DNA from: Lama guanicoe
Lineage: Eukaryota
NCBI GenBank assembly: GCA_013239625.1
Contig: MU054220.1
Location: 8,839,367-8,903,366 of the forward strand
Direction of reading: 5' to 3'
DNA length: 64,000 nt
Made by a program: the position numbers and the translations under genes. The notes under the pieces were generated by a model. It did not search any database and was not told the DNA's origin. It saw only the letters and a program-made list of their open reading frames with translations. Positions 1-13,687 of the stretch are shown piece after piece (position 1 is the first letter of the stretch; every line of letters starts with the position of its first letter).

Positions 1-269
1 TGGTAACATATAGCAGGAGGTGACAAAGCACATATCACTTCTGGCAGGGAGTGAATTAAATACTTCTAGATCTGTCCCCTAGTAACTGGTCATCCAGCCA
101 TGATCCCAAACTGGCGTGATTTTGCTTATCCGAACACATTCTTCCTGAATGTGATGCCCTATTCCATTTTCTCTGAAATGAGCTCAAGCCACCTCACACC
201 TAATCTCTTTTGTAAAGCCTTTCCTCAACTGCAGTTGGGTAAAAAACTCCGGAATTGAGAAAAGAGGTT

Positions 270-960
270 AATGCTGGAAGTATCAATTGAGGGTTATAGG
301 AAACAGATACCATTTAAAGCTTTGCAACTGAGATGATCTGAAAGTGAGTGCAGGAATAAAGGTGTCCAAGGACTAAGCTCTGGGGTACTCTAATGTTTAG
401 AAGTCAGAAAGAAGATGCAGTGTTGTGCTGGTAAATGTTTAACAACCAGGTCTCAGGAGTCAGTTCTAGTGTTTTATTTTCACGGTGTAAATACTCTTGG
501 TGGCTGATTCTAAGTTTCAACGTGACATCAGCCAGCTTGCAAAAGTCAGGAAAATTTGACAACCATCTCTTGCCAATTGGTAGGATCATTTCTGGGTCAC
601 CACTCAAAGAGGAGAATCTGGCTATAAAGACAAACAAAAAGAGCCCCTGGTGAGGTATGAGAAATGTGTGACATGTCAGAAGTTAAGGCAATAAAGTGTT
701 TTAGGAGGGTAGGAGTGATCAAAGGCTGCTGAGAGTTCAAGTCCAATGAAGACAGAGAATTGGTCAATGGAACTGCCAATTTGGAGACTGGCCTTTATAG
801 AAGGGACTTCCATGGAGTGGTGGCTCCCAAAATATGACAAGTATAGGTTCAAGAGACACTGTGGTGAGGAATTGCGGTATGAAGGACAGACGATTCTTTT
901 GTCTAAAGGGGAACAGAGAAGGGTTCAGAATGCCTTGGATTAATTTTATCCATTTTCTGG
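270..960 (-). mobile_element. L2 LINE fragment, interrupted by MER63
   Basis: Degenerate L2-like text (CCAAGGACTAAGCTCTGGGGTACTCTAATGTTTAGAAGTCAG...GGAGTGATCAAAGGCTGCTGAGAGTTCAAG) on both sides of 418-605. Confidence 0.65.
418..605 (-). mobile_element. MER63-type hAT-Blackjack DNA transposon relic
   Basis: Begins CAGTGTTGTGCTGGTAAATGTTTAACAACC and contains CACGGTGTAAATACTC...TTTCAACGTGACATCA, matching recalled MER63 consensus. Confidence 0.8.
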
Positions 961-1484
961 GGAAGCATGGCAGCAGGGTCCACTTTGATATTCAGCTTCT
1001 TTCAGCTGCAAACAGTGGAAAAAATTGGCCCAAATAAGGTCTCACTCTCTCTCTCTCTCTTTTTTTAATTCATGCTTATCAAATTGTTCCAATAATTCAG
1101 CCAAGTCCAGGGAATTATTTGGGGTGAGTAGTGTCAGCATTGAAAATAAACTAACTCTAAAATATTAATGGCTGAACGGCAGTTAGAGGGGTGGAGATTT
1201 GAGGGAGGTTTGTGGTTCTACTCCACGCAAAAATTCAGGGAACCAAAAGATGGAAGCTTGGCGTCTTTAATATATATTGTCACCATATCCTAGGGCCTTG
1301 AATTTCTGGATCCTCTGCAGTGAGAAATATAGTCTGTCTGTGTGCCACAGAGAAAGAAAATGGTTTATTAGACAATTAGCTAGTCAGTCTATGCCATATT
1401 TTAAATCACTGGACTCATGGCATTATAGATTGTTAATAATAAAAAAATCAACTTCTGATATATACGGGAGAAGTGAAGTTGTCT

Positions 1485-1585
1485 GATCTTTGCCCAGACA
1501 TTGCCTAGCTCTGGCAATAACCAATTATGTGATTTGGGGCAATTAACTTTTCTAAGATTCAATCTCCTTATTTCTAAAATGGTGG
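1485..1585 (+). mobile_element. MIR SINE fragment
   Basis: Core-like TGTGATTTGGGGCAATTAACTTTTCTAAGATTCAATCTCCTTATTTCTAAAATGG. Confidence 0.6.
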
Positions 1586-4525
1586 GGGCCCAATAAATCA
1601 GACAGTCCATATGAATTAGGTATACTAAAATAAGATATGCAATACCCTATTTTATTTCTTTAATTCATCTCTGAAATTAATAATGTTAGTGGACATTTGG
1701 TAGATCCAGTAAATCCACTTTAGCCAGCGGTTCATTAATAAGTAGTCATTGAAAGTTTCGGTCACCTTTTGTCAGACTGTCCCTTCACCAACACCAGGTC
1801 AAAGAGAATACCACATGGCTTTAGAATGTTAGAATCACTGTGACTCAATGAAAACTTGGCCATTTTTAGACTTACTGATTAAGACTTGCTTACTAAACAC
1901 TGAGCTGTATAAAATTATTCTGGATTCTGAAAGGGTCTAGTATTTCAGGAAATACAATCATAAATTCCATGTATGGTAGCAGTTGTCTCCAATGAATGAC
2001 CCCGTGTACTGATGTCATCTAGCAGTTTCCAGAAGTGCCACAACCCAGCTCCCTCAATCTTAACGCAAGGCTGTGTCCAGCCCACGGTTTCACCAGATAG
2101 AGCCAGATGATTTTTCTCCCCAAACTGTTTATCAGTAGACATAAGCATTAATCAGATGAAAAATTACAACTTAAAAATGATTTATTTATCCTCTTCTCAG
2201 CCAGAGATACTGATTGGGCCATCAAGATTATGCCAAGTGCAAATACATCACGGGCTACGCTGTCAACAGTATAGCGAGTTAACTTGGCGGCCAGGTGCCA
2301 ACGTGATTATGCAAATACCAGTGCTACTGGCTTATCGGTCAAACCCACTGCCAGGATGCCTGGGAGATACATTTCAGTAAATGGAGACAGAATGTATCTC
2401 TGTCCCACTGACATTAATAATTTATGATTAATCAGTTTATGAAGGCTTGCTAACAGCAGAAGGAAACAGAGAGGAAGATGGATTCTCTGTCTTTGGATTT
2501 AACCTTACTTTTCTCTCAGGCTAAATCTAATCATTTCCTTTCTGAAGACTAGATAATTGACTAACCATTTACTTAAACTTTCTTAAAGGGCATCAATAAT
2601 CCTCCTCAGGGTCCATCTTTGATCAGGGGAGGTTAAGTTAAGTTGACTCCTGATCAGGCAATTTAGGGAGCAGCAACCAGGAGGCAGCCACCCGGAACTG
2701 AGCTGGCCTCATTCTGAGAGAGCCCTGGCAGCTTTGTGAAGGGAGTTCAGGGCAGACTGATGTGGCCCCATTATTTTGCACAGTCATAAACTTGATGAAA
2801 TAGGAATGGCAGAAAATAGAAGAAATAGCTGTGACAGTACTTTGATTTGCAGCAATGATAAACTACACATTTTTTTATCTTCAAAGTCTTAACGTTTTAT
2901 TCTAAATCTTTCATGATTTAAGTCATGAATTCTATTTTCATTTTCAAATATAGGAAAAATGTGGGAAAGAGTCTGCATAGTTGGAAACATTTTAATTTTT
3001 ACTATGCCTTTCTGCGGCAGTGATAAATGACAGTGAAAAATTTTAAAGGAACAGAAATTAGTATCCAAAAATTTTACTTTTTTTCATCAATCATTATTTT
3101 CATTTAGTGCATTTCTTATCATATTTTTTTGAGAATTATTTTTGGTGGGGGAATTACTTACAAGCTCTAGCCATAAGAAAAATGTTTGTCTTCTTTGACC
3201 TCAGTTTTCTCCTCTGTTAAATGGAGATTGCATGGGTGTTTATAAAATAGTTGACCAAATTAAGTAAAAACACATTAATCAATGCTTTTTATGTTGTTCA
3301 CTTCAATGAATTTATTTTCAGTGACTTCCTCTGTCCATTTTAATGAACTATGCATTTAAGTGTTATTCCAAACATTTCTAATGTGATAATGTAGCTCTCA
3401 GAGTCTAATGCTGCATGGCATTCAATCCATTGGCTTAATTATCAGTGTCCTACCAGAGGGCTTTTATCAGTCTTGAGGTATGTCTTCATTTGTCTGAGGA
3501 AAGGTCAGACATTCCTAAATCTCCACTTTTAAAAGAACTCTTGAAGACAACTAAACACGAATCAGATTGTTTAATTCCATTCCAGTAGGATAATTAAAAT
3601 CTTCACAGTAAAGACACATATACGAAATAGAATCTGCCTGATGACACCTTCAACCAACCTAAATGACTCTGATATAAAATGAAAACGTACTGGAAAAATC
3701 CAAGAACGTCTCACTGAACTCGGCAGGAAGTGCATGGGGACCATATTAGAGACTGAAATAAATAAATAAATGACTCAGGGAGAGATTCTCTCCATCTCAT
3801 TCTCTCTCAGAGACACGTGGTCTCTCACCATGTCCTCGATTCCCCTGATTCTTTATGGAAGAGCTTTGTCTGCATCATTTTCAGAGGGGCCAAGACAGAC
3901 CACCCCAGTAACAGTATTTCTGAGCTCAAGAGCTTGACAGAGATGCACTGCAGCCTTCTTTCTCTAAGGAGAAAACCTGGTTGGCTTAGCCAGGGAATGG
4001 TAATAACTTGCATTCAACCATATTGGACCAGAGAAGCCCAGTCCCACAATTCAGTGTTCATATTGAAGGGACCATGAGAGCAGCCTCTCTGAAAAGGGAT
4101 GAGAGAAGGAAGCAAAACATTATTTAATGCTTCATACATAACTCTACCACTGATTGTCTTAGACTGTTCTCCTGAACACTGGCATTTCAAAAGGCATAGG
4201 AAGGAAACCAAAATGTGATGTCTAAATAATGCTTTGACTCTATTTTTGGGTAAACGGCAGTGTCCAAATTATGAACTGACAATGCATTTTAGTTCTGTTA
4301 AAGAAAAGAACAGACCCACCTTGACCATCCATTAGAGAAAAATTATATATCTAGGGAAAAGAACTCTTTTTTGCTGAGCTATTTTAGACTTCTAATACTA
4401 AAGTGCAAAGAAAGTGGGTTGATATTCCAGGGTCAACTTTCTTAAACCTCAGAGATCCAACATAGTACCAGAAGAGTCTAAACTTTTCATTCATGATTTT
4501 GTGCATTAGGTAGAGGTCCCACTGA

Positions 4526-4530
<5 letters not shown>

Positions 4531-4570
<40 letters not shown>
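4531..4570. repeat. (GT)20 microsatellite
   Basis: Perfect dinucleotide run read directly. Confidence 0.98.
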
Positions 4571-4572
<2 letters not shown>

Positions 4573-4748
4573 ATGCTTAAATAAAATGGTCAGCCAAAAC
4601 TGCCCTAATATTTTTATACTTTAAGAAGAAAACAAATTATGTGAGTCAGAGAAGCATGAATTTGTAAACACATTTTTGGTGTGTTTCCTTTGTCAGCCCA
4701 GTTCCAAAACAGTTCATCCCTATTAATTATCAAGATGAATGGGGCTCA

Positions 4749-4947
4749 GATAAACAAGTTCAGACTGTATAGCACAGGGAACTGTATTCAATATCTTGTA
4801 GTAACTTACAGTGAAAAAGAATATGAAAACAAATATATGTATGTTCCTATATGGCTGAAGCATTATGCTGTATACCAGAAATTGATACAACATTGTAAAC
4901 TGACTATACTTCAATTAAAAATATATATATTGTATATATTAAAAAAA
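4749..4947 (+). mobile_element. 5'-truncated young L1 3' end with TSD
   Basis: GATAAACAAG...GCACAGGGAACTGTATTCAATATCTTGTAGTAAC...CTGACTATACTTCAATT plus A-rich tail; TSD AAGATGAATGGGGCTCA (4732-4748) / AAGGTGAATGAGGCTCA (4946-4962). Confidence 0.9.
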
Positions 4948-5321
4948 GGTGAATGAGGCTCATTTTTCCTACTGTGTTAGAGGATGCTTCTGGGAAATAT
5001 TATAAAATCTGAATGTAGTTGATTGTAAAAGATAGTACAGCTTGCAGTCCTAACCATCCAGGCTTGATTTTTCACATCAAAAGACACTCTTCTCTAATAC
5101 AGAATATGAAGACAAAGAATCCGTTATCTTCGGTGCTTAAGGGAGGGGGACAACAAAGTGGTGAGTTCAGCTGATCTCTTCTGCAAGATCCAGGTTAAAT
5201 GCAAATGAGTTAGTTCTGACACGCTCTCTTGTGCCTCATCCAGTTGTCCTTTGCTTTGGGTTCCTATGGAATTTCAGGTGCCTCAGTTCACCTGTGTTCC
5301 TTGATTCTCTGTTGCTTATCT

Positions 5322-5470
5322 AACTGGTTCTCAATCCTGCATAAGCACTGAAATCCTGATGCCTGAGTCCCACCCCTGAACTTCTGTTTAACTGTTAAGG
5401 TGGACCTGGGCATCAAGATGTTTAAAAGCTCCCCAGATGTTTCCAGTAGCAGCACTGTTTAACAACACCG
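5322..5470 (+). mobile_element. MER5B-like hAT-Charlie relic
   Basis: TGGTTCTCAATCCTG...CCCACCCC...CTGGGCATCAAGATGTTTAAAAGCTCCCCAGATG. Confidence 0.7.
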
Positions 5471-6267
5471 ACTTAGACCATCTTCACTGATAACTCGTTT
5501 TGGATCCATTGATCTGGCTTTGACTCTAATAACACCTCTAGGCTTGACCTTTAGTATTATCCATCTGGGTTCCTGCTCATTACTCATTCAATCACATATT
5601 CAGTCTTTCAGCAAATACGTACAGTGTTGAGGAGACGGTAAGTACACAGCAAACAGTGCATCTTCCCTCAGAGAACTTGTAAGCTACTGTTAGTAACAGG
5701 CATTAAAAACTACATAAACGATAGTTGAAACTGTTAGATTCTCTTCTTACCCAGGTCTTTAAGTTGCCTATTACTTGGCCTCATCACTGTTACATGTTCT
5801 CCTCATGATATAGTCCTCAGTCACACTAATCTTGCAGTTCTAACAAAAAATGAGTCATTTCTGCCTTCAGTCAGGGTTTGCACAAATTCCATTTTCTCTG
5901 CAGAGGACACTTTCTTCTCCCACTTCTGTAAACTCATGTAGTTTGTATTCATGCTACTGCAATTAATGCAGCTGTAACACACTCACAAAGGTCTCCACTA
6001 ACGTCTCTTAGCTCACACTGCCACCCCATAACACAGTCATAAACTACCCTGTGATTGACTTTTAAGCCTGCATCTCCAAACAGATTCTAGTACAGGAAGG
6101 ATCTACCTTCTACCAGCTGACCCATAGTAATTGGATCCCCAATTTGTTCTGTGAATAGAATGGACATTTTATAGCATCTCTCTCTTCACAGATCTGGAGA
6201 TGAGAAGGTATGACATATATCCATTAATTCATAAGATAAAGTATAAAATAAGTCTATAAATTCCATG

Positions 6268-6636
6268 TGTCTTAGTCAGCTCACGCTGTCCTAACAAAAT
6301 GTCATCAACTGGGTGGTTTAAACAACAGATATCTTGTAGCTCACAGTTCTGGGAGTGGGAAGTCTGAAACTGGGGTGCCGACACAGCCAAGCTCTGGTGA
6401 AGACATGCTCTCCCGGGTGCACTTGGCCTTCTTGCCGTGTCCTCACATGGTGGAGAGACAGAGCTCAGGTCTCTTCCTTTTCTTATAAGGACACTAATTC
6501 CATCATGAGGCCTCACCCTCACGGGCTCATCTAAACCTACTTACTTCCAAAGGCTCCACCTTGAAATACTATCCCATTGTGGGTCAGGCCTTCAACATAT
6601 GGCTTTTAGGGGAACACAAACACTCAGGCCATGACA
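6268..6636 (-). mobile_element. MLT1A-type MaLR solo LTR
   Basis: TG...CA termini; GGGTGGTTTAAACAACAGA...CTCACAGTTCTGG...CTTATAAGGACACTAAT...TTCAACATATG diagnostic blocks; about 370 bp. Confidence 0.85.
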
Positions 6637-8539
6637 CCAGTATGTGGACCAGTGATACACGATTGGTATAACTACAAGATTCTGGAGGGGAGACTCTTTG
6701 TGTACCAGGATATCAAGAAAGACACTGCGGTGAACCTAAGTCCTAAGAAAGACCTGGAAGGCCAGGTAGGTATTCCCCCAACATCTCTCTTTGTAGGCTG
6801 TACTAAGATTTTCCTTGATGTAAACTGCGATGAACCCTCTCATTTAGTATAAATTTCTGAAGGCAGAGTTTTTAATCTTATTAACCCAACAAATGTTAGA
6901 AAGAAATGAGCTAGGAGATACACAGTAGAATAAGCAAAAGATGACATTTGGTTCGGGGGGGGTGGTTTAAGCAAGAATGAAGGCGCAAAACTGGTATCAA
7001 GCAACATTTTAGGAATAAAATTAACAAGACTCAATAACCAATTAAATATGGGGAATAAAAACAGGAAGAGATAAGAGGACTGTAAAATGCTCTGCCCATT
7101 TACAATTCCATTTACAATGGGCAGACATCAAAGTTTCAGCCCCTTTATAGAGACGAGACCAGTGCATCTTTTTTAATGTCCTGAAGCTATAGTTTTAAAG
7201 GTATGATGGGCAGACAACATAAAATAACGATTTCAGCCAATCCCTCATTCCTGAGTTTCTCAGCCTTTATCAGAGATTCTCGTTACAGCCATCTATTCAC
7301 AATGCCTCCACGTAACTGGAGCCCTGTGTCTGTAGAAATCAAGCTGGGCCGTCCTGCCATGTTGGCTATATCCAATTTGAAACTTTTTGAGGAAAGTCTT
7401 AAAAGGAAGTGACCATGACTAAGCAGTCTGATGAAACAATTTTGTCTTCTAAAGTCAATCTTACCTTGATTTACAATGCTTTATAATTTGTACACTCCTA
7501 ACCCAAAGAGAAGTATTATGCCAAGTGTATCATTTGATAAGAAGCATAAAGACCAGCCTCAGCCTTATGGAAATCATCTTTACAACTTTTTTTTCAAAAA
7601 AAATTTTTGTCATAGAATAGCTTTTTCAGGTGTTGGAGGTATAAACAATCACTCAAAACTCTGCATGGAGAAAGTGTCTTTGGTCTACACATTCTCTGTT
7701 TTTATCACCAGAAGCAACCCAACAATGCCACAGGAATTTGAAGGTAAAAAATGATTGCAGAAGAGGTAGGAAGTGATTTCCATCGATAGGACCATTCTTC
7801 CTATAAATATGAACAATTTTTCTGCCTTGCCACTATTAAATTAATGCTCCAGGCTTCATAATAGTTAAATATCAACATACTTTACTGTTATTTAACCCTC
7901 TAGCATTTTAAAAATGCTTTTAATAGCCTGTGCTGTAATTAAATTCTGCCACATTGCAATGCATGGTGATTCCAGAACTATCAGTTGTACTGCTAATTTA
8001 TAAATCAGACCCTAATTGAGATAATGAAGCGGGTCTTGGCCATCATTGAGATGGTCACCTCATTAGCTTCTTAATGTCTGTTTCCTAGTTGAGTGGACAG
8101 TAGACCCAGGGTGAGGACAGTGCAGTAAAATTAATACGAGAGGAAATACCAGCGGTGAAATGGATCAGAGTGTGGACAGGGCTGCCTACTAATAAGCCAC
8201 TGTAGTGGTTGAGAGCTTAAAAAGAAATAGCCCATATTCCCTTCCCTCTTTCTACCCTAAACAAGGTGCAGTGTGAGAGTCCATCCCGTAATACATGATC
8301 CATAAATGCTGGCTGCTCTCAATTAGCAGTTATAGGATGAAGGGAACTGCCATTACTAAGCTTTATGTGGCGGAGGTGAGGGATTTAGACTTTATGTTCA
8401 CACAGCAATCCTGTGCTATATTACTGCACAATGTCGACACCGGGCTTTGCATGTATGAAAAAAAAGACTGCTTTTACTGCCTTCATTGAAGATTCCAATA
8501 ATGATTAATATAATCACAATGAGAGCAGCTAGCTGACTT

Positions 8540-8730
8540 TTAGGAAGAATCTTCTTTGTGTCAAACACTGAGCTAAGTGCTTTGTATACAGTACCATTAA
8601 ATTCTTACAACAACCAAATTAGGTGGCACTGTTAATGTGTAAATGAGGTTTACAAAGAGGTTAAATGAGTTGTCTAGGTTCACCGAGCTAGAAAGTAAGA
8701 GAGCTTGCATGGAAACCAAATCCTTTAAGC
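8540..8730 (-). mobile_element. MIR SINE
   Basis: CAAACACTGAGCTAAGTGCTTTG...GAGGTTAAATGAGTTGTCTAGGTTCACCGAGCTAGAAAGT. Confidence 0.7.
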
Positions 8731-9199
8731 TAAATATGATAAATCCACCACAGCCCTCTAGTGCCTCTGTTTATTGAGATGGACCACAAGCAAAGCTCTG
8801 ACTTAACCAGCTTACTACGTGAAGGAAATTTAGTGCAGTCAACTAAATTGTTCCAACAGGATACAGCTTGCATTTATCACAGTTCTATTTGAACTCAGGC
8901 CTGTTACACCATATGGTCCTGTTCTTTCTTCTACACCAGATTTCTATGCAGAACACAAAATACTTTTTTATGACAGAATACAAATGATATTAAGAGCATT
9001 ACTGTAGCCATTTCTCACCTTGCCTTCCCAAGTCTTTGGGCTCCATTACAACTCAGAATATCTGGGGATTTCAAAACATCAGGTTTTACTGCAGGGCTTG
9101 CTAAATTGCTACTAGTATTTTAGTAGGTCTAATCCAAACCAGGGAGCACCAGAATCTTCCTTTTGGAGAACCAACAAATTGATGACTCTAACTTCATAC

Positions 9200-9920
9200 A
9201 GGTCTTTAGGGCTGACTGACAATCTTTCCTTTATTCTTGGCTGGATACTTCATTCATCTACCTCAACAATTCTTGCAAATTGTCCTCATACCTTTGAGCT
9301 TTCCTTCCAATCCACGCTCTATCTATTATCTGCAAACTTGACTTCCCTTATTAGATACTTCTCCTCTTGCCAACGTATATCTACATTACACTCATCCTTT
9401 CATTGACTTTCTGGCCATCTCAGAGGATGACCTGTTGCTCTTCCTTTTCACCATAAAACATTAATTTGATACCATCCCCTGTCCCTCCGTTAGGGTATCA
9501 GTCTCCTCTTCTCTCTCTTTCTGCCTCCCTCTCTCATGCTAATTCCTAAAAATATTAGCTTATATTTGTTTCAAAAAGTTCAGTCCGTCCATCCCTCAAA
9601 CAATTGCATTACACCCTCTGCTTTCACTGCTGGACCACAACCTTCTCATCAAGGTAATTAATGGCCTCTATTTTCCATAATCAATTGACCCCTCTGAAGC
9701 CAATCTTTCTGAATCTCTCTTCTGTGTTTTACAAGTCATTCTCCATGAAGCTCTCATTTCTTTGATTTTCAAGGTGCCGTCTTCTGTTGGTCACCTCTTT
9801 TTCACCTAGAGCTGTTCCACTGTGAGCTCTCTTACTCTTCCTTCTCATAGATGGAGGTGTACTGAGCTCAGCCCATAGTGATTCTTACTCTACACAATCT
9901 CCCTTGATGACACCATATTA
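9200..9920 (+). mobile_element. L2 fragment
   Basis: Pyrimidine-rich degenerate L2-like text (CTCATCAAGGTAATTAATGGCCTC..., CTTACTCTACACAATCTCCCTTGATGA). Confidence 0.5.
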
Positions 9921-9934
9921 TTTCACCCTTTTAC

Positions 9935-10375
9935 TCCTTCAATCAATCACCCATTCAACAAATACTTGTGGAGCTCTCACTATGTATTTCGCAGTATTCC
10001 AGACTCTGGTTATAGAATGGAGAGTTGAACAAAATTTCTGTTCACCAATGTGTTTGGATGATACGCAAATAAACAATTAAAAACACTTGGTCAGGTGGTA
10101 ACAATTCCTATATCAAAGAAAAAAGCAGGGCAGGGAACCAACGGTGATAGAGCATGCCCTCTGCTAAGGTGACATTTCCACAATAACATGAGTAAAATGA
10201 AGAACACTTCAGACAAATGAAACAGCAGCTTTAAAAGCTCAAGATGGAAGTATGCTTGGCACATTCTAGAAACTGGAAGGAGAGCAGTGTGGTTGAGGTG
10301 GAGTAAGCAAGGAGGAGGACAGTAAGAGCTGAGTTCAGAGATGTGGAGACATAAAGATCATGTCAGCTTTGCAGG
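9935..10375 (-). mobile_element. L2 3' end
   Basis: CATTCAACAAATACTTGTGGAGCTCTCACTATGT... terminal pattern, then the AAGGTGACATTT...GTATGCTTGGCACATTCTAGAAAC blocks. Confidence 0.75.
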
Positions 10376-10377
10376 AT

Positions 10378-10840
10378 GTATGAGTTAGGGTGGAATGCCC
10401 AGCTGCTGTAACAAGAACCAAATTTTAACAGTGGCTTGAATAAAATAGAAGTGCACTTGTCCCTCCCTTGAAAGTCTAACTTTAAACCCTGGAGAAACAG
10501 TTAGCTGGCTCCATGATGCAAGGTTACTGGATCATCTGACCTTGCTGTGCTGTATTCTTAAACACAGGGCTTTCAAAAATGCAACTACGATGGCTACTTC
10601 ATCATCCTGCAGCACATCCCTACTGCAGCTAGTGATAAATAGAAAGTAGAAGGTGACAGCAAATGTCTTTTATTTTGAAAACATGGTGAAGAGGCTAAAC
10701 ATATCATTTTTATTAGTGTTGTTTCCAACAGGATGGAATCACACCACCAACATTAAACCCAAGAGAGCTGGGAAATGTACTGTTAACTGCACGTCTGTGT
10801 CACCAGCTACATTTTCTATTGTTGTAGAAGAAACAGGGGC
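10378..10840 (-). mobile_element. Old MLT1 (H-K-like) LTR
   Basis: AGCTGCTGTAACAAG...AACAGTGGCTTGAATAAAATAGAAGT...GCTGGGAAATGTA. Confidence 0.6.
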
Positions 10841-10849
10841 TAAACTATC

Positions 10850-11150
10850 CTTTCTCCACCAAATTACCTTTTTTTCCTTTGTAAGAGATTAACCATAGTC
10901 TAATTCTGGGCTCTATTCTGTTCCATTGATCTATGTGTGTATTCACTGACCACTACTGCCCTGTTTTGATGGCTGTAGTTTTATGGTTAGTCTTTTAGTC
11001 GAGTAGTGTCAATCCTTCAGTTTTGTTCTTCAGTATTGCGTGGGCTCTTCTGGGTCTTCTGCCTCTCCATACAAACTTTAAAATAATTGCATCAATATCT
11101 ATAAAATAGCTTGCTGGGATTTGGACTTGGACTGCACTGAATCTATCATC
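10850..11150 (-). mobile_element. Old L1 ORF2 fragment
   Basis: ORF-track peptide IPASYFIDIDAIILKFVWRGRRPRRAHAILKNKTEGLTLLD resembles L1 ORF2p downstream of the RT domain. Confidence 0.85.
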
Positions 11151-12100
11151 GAGCTGTTTATCTCTTGTATAAATCCTAATCTGATTTCTCTCAATATTTA
11201 CTGCTATTACTGCTGCCACTCTGGCTGCTGCCCTAATGTGGCCTTTTATTATGTCTTTCTTGGAATAACAAAAGTTTCCTGAAGAATCTCCGGTCTCCAG
11301 TCCTGCCCTCTTCAGTTACATTCTTCATAGAAGGTTCTAATGGAAACAAACTTGGCTCATTTAAATCTTTGTAATGACATTTCACACATAGGATAAATTC
11401 TCTATCCCTAAACATGTGCTACAATGTCCCCTATAGGTTAGTTTCTCCCTCTAAGTTAATGTGTTAATTAATCCCTCTCCGCCTCACTCTCTATGTTCTA
11501 ACAACTATGAACTTTTCAAAGTTCTCCACAATCCATGTTGCTACTCTTACGTCTGTATAATAATACTGCTTCCCTTTCATGAAACTCCGTTCTCTTCTCC
11601 CTTAGCTTAGAGAAATTCAGTCTTCACTTTCTCCAGGACTTACTTTTTTCTGAACATATACACACTCACTCATACATTTCCTACTTTCTTAACTGTCTGC
11701 ACATTTTTGTATCCCTGTGTCTAACTAGTACATCACAATTTTCTATTTATGTCTCGATATACTCCTTGAGAATAAAGACTGAATTTTTTTACTTTGGGGT
11801 TTTTTTTGGATTAAAAGATTTTTTTAAGTTGAAGTACAGTTGATTTATAATGTTGTGTCAGTTTCTGGTGTACAATGTTGTGTTAGTTTCTGGTGTACAG
11901 CATAGCGATTTCGTTATATATATATATTTCTTTTCATATTCTTCTTCATTATAGGCTATTACAAGGTATTGAATATAGTTCTCTGTGCGATACAGTAAAG
12001 ACTGGCTTTTATTCAACATTATTCCTGGTGCACTTAGCACAATGATTGGCACATTTTGAGTACTCAGTGTATGTTTGTTGAGTGAATAATGGAACAAATA
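11150..12100 (+). mobile_element. L2 3' region, interrupted by a young L1
   Basis: Ends CTTAGCACAATGATTGGCACAT...TACTCAGTGTATGTTTGTTGAGTGAAT, the L2 terminus. Confidence 0.65.
11782..11995 (-). mobile_element. 5'-truncated young L1 3' end
   Basis: TTGAAGTACAGTTGATTTATAATGTTGTG...ATTGAATATAGTTCTCTGTGCGATACAG; TSD TAAAGACTG at 11773-11781 and 11996-12004. Confidence 0.9.
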
Positions 12101-13687
12101 AATGCATAAAGGTATGAGCTCTCTATTCAAGGATCAGTAGAATTTCTATTACACGTTATTTTTCTCGATTATAAGTCACTGCTCTGTAAACAGCTGTTCT
12201 CTTATGTGGAGTCCTCAGGTTTGTGGCCAACCATCTTCCTTCCTCTGTGTTAATCATGGGATCTGTTCCTCTTCCCAGGCCAACTGTTTCCTGCCACATT
12301 CAGTCTAATCCATTTAATCTCTATGAGCACATTCCCAAACTACACTTTCAAACATTTTAGTTAACAAGTTATATATTTCTTTTTAACTTCAATTTGACTC
12401 CTATCTAAAAATCTACCATCTCCCTTCTTCTGGCTTTTATCCTGCATTTCTGACTAGGACTATGCAAAGGTAAAAATCTGTTTCAGAGTAGTAGATAAAA
12501 TGGCTTAGAATAGATATAAAATAACTCATTATTTCACACCCAAACAAGTCATATTTCTCCCCTCCTTTGATTGTGGGTTCCTTTGGGAATTTAGCTGAAG
12601 AGGTTTGTCTCTATGAAATTTAGAACACACTGGAAAGAGACTAAAATAAACGTTGAAAATAGTTTATTTCAGCATTCCCAAACTTCTCATCTTAAACGAT
12701 TCCTTTCTATTCTGAGTAAGCTGCATGGAGGAGCTTTGTATCTCATCATATTTCTCCTTGCTTTTATCTTCCAAAGTGAACGTTTGTTTTCTGTCAGTAA
12801 TTTATATTGATACAGATAGATATGTGAACATTAATCCCACAATATTTACCTTATTGGGATGAGAGGAAATTGCCATAGCTTTTTGTTCCTTAAGATAAAT
12901 CTCACAGCTGCTAACCTTTGTTTAAATTTCAGAATTATTGATATGATAGAATCATCTGGATTATGATCAATGTAGAGTTCTGGTTCCTAGACCCAGACAG
13001 TCTTATCAGAGAGACCGTATCCTGAGAATGAGTGATTCAACTTTCTAGCACTCAGAAGCCAGTAAAAGCTACAGATCTGAATCACTCTTAAAGCTCTTGT
13101 CAGAAATGAGCCAAAGAGAAAACTCCAAGATGGTTTTCTGTGTTCAGGAACATAATGACAGATATATAGGCACAGATATAATTACAGATATTGCTATGCA
13201 TATATGTTACTGTATATAGTATCACTATATACAAAATATAACATAATATTACTATATTGATACAGTAATAATTTGTCAATGCTCAGGTAGATCATTTTGA
13301 TATATATATATACAATTGCATGTGTGTATATATACACAAATTTCTAAATTTATAATTAAACTGTCTGATGTTAATTAAGTTTTTGCTCAGCCCTATATTT
13401 TATATAAAGGAGCACTTTAACACTATCATTCACTTAGAAACCAATTAACTTCTATGTCATTCAATATGGCTTTTTTCCCAAGAGAAAGACTGTTCTAATT
13501 AGAGTTATGAGATATGAACATGTGCACAGTAGTAAAATATAGACATATCATTATTACATTTAATGCATAAAATACTTGAGGGAAAAGCATTTTAGACACA
13601 TAACAATTTAAAGTCAATGAAATAGTTTTCTACATAGAATTCTTCAGAGGGAGAGTGTTTTCAAAGATGCTCAAAAAGTATTGCATC

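Noticed and set aside
7091..7125. 10-bp inverted repeat TCTGCCCATT/AATGGGCAGA
   Set aside because: Short and explicable by local slippage or chance
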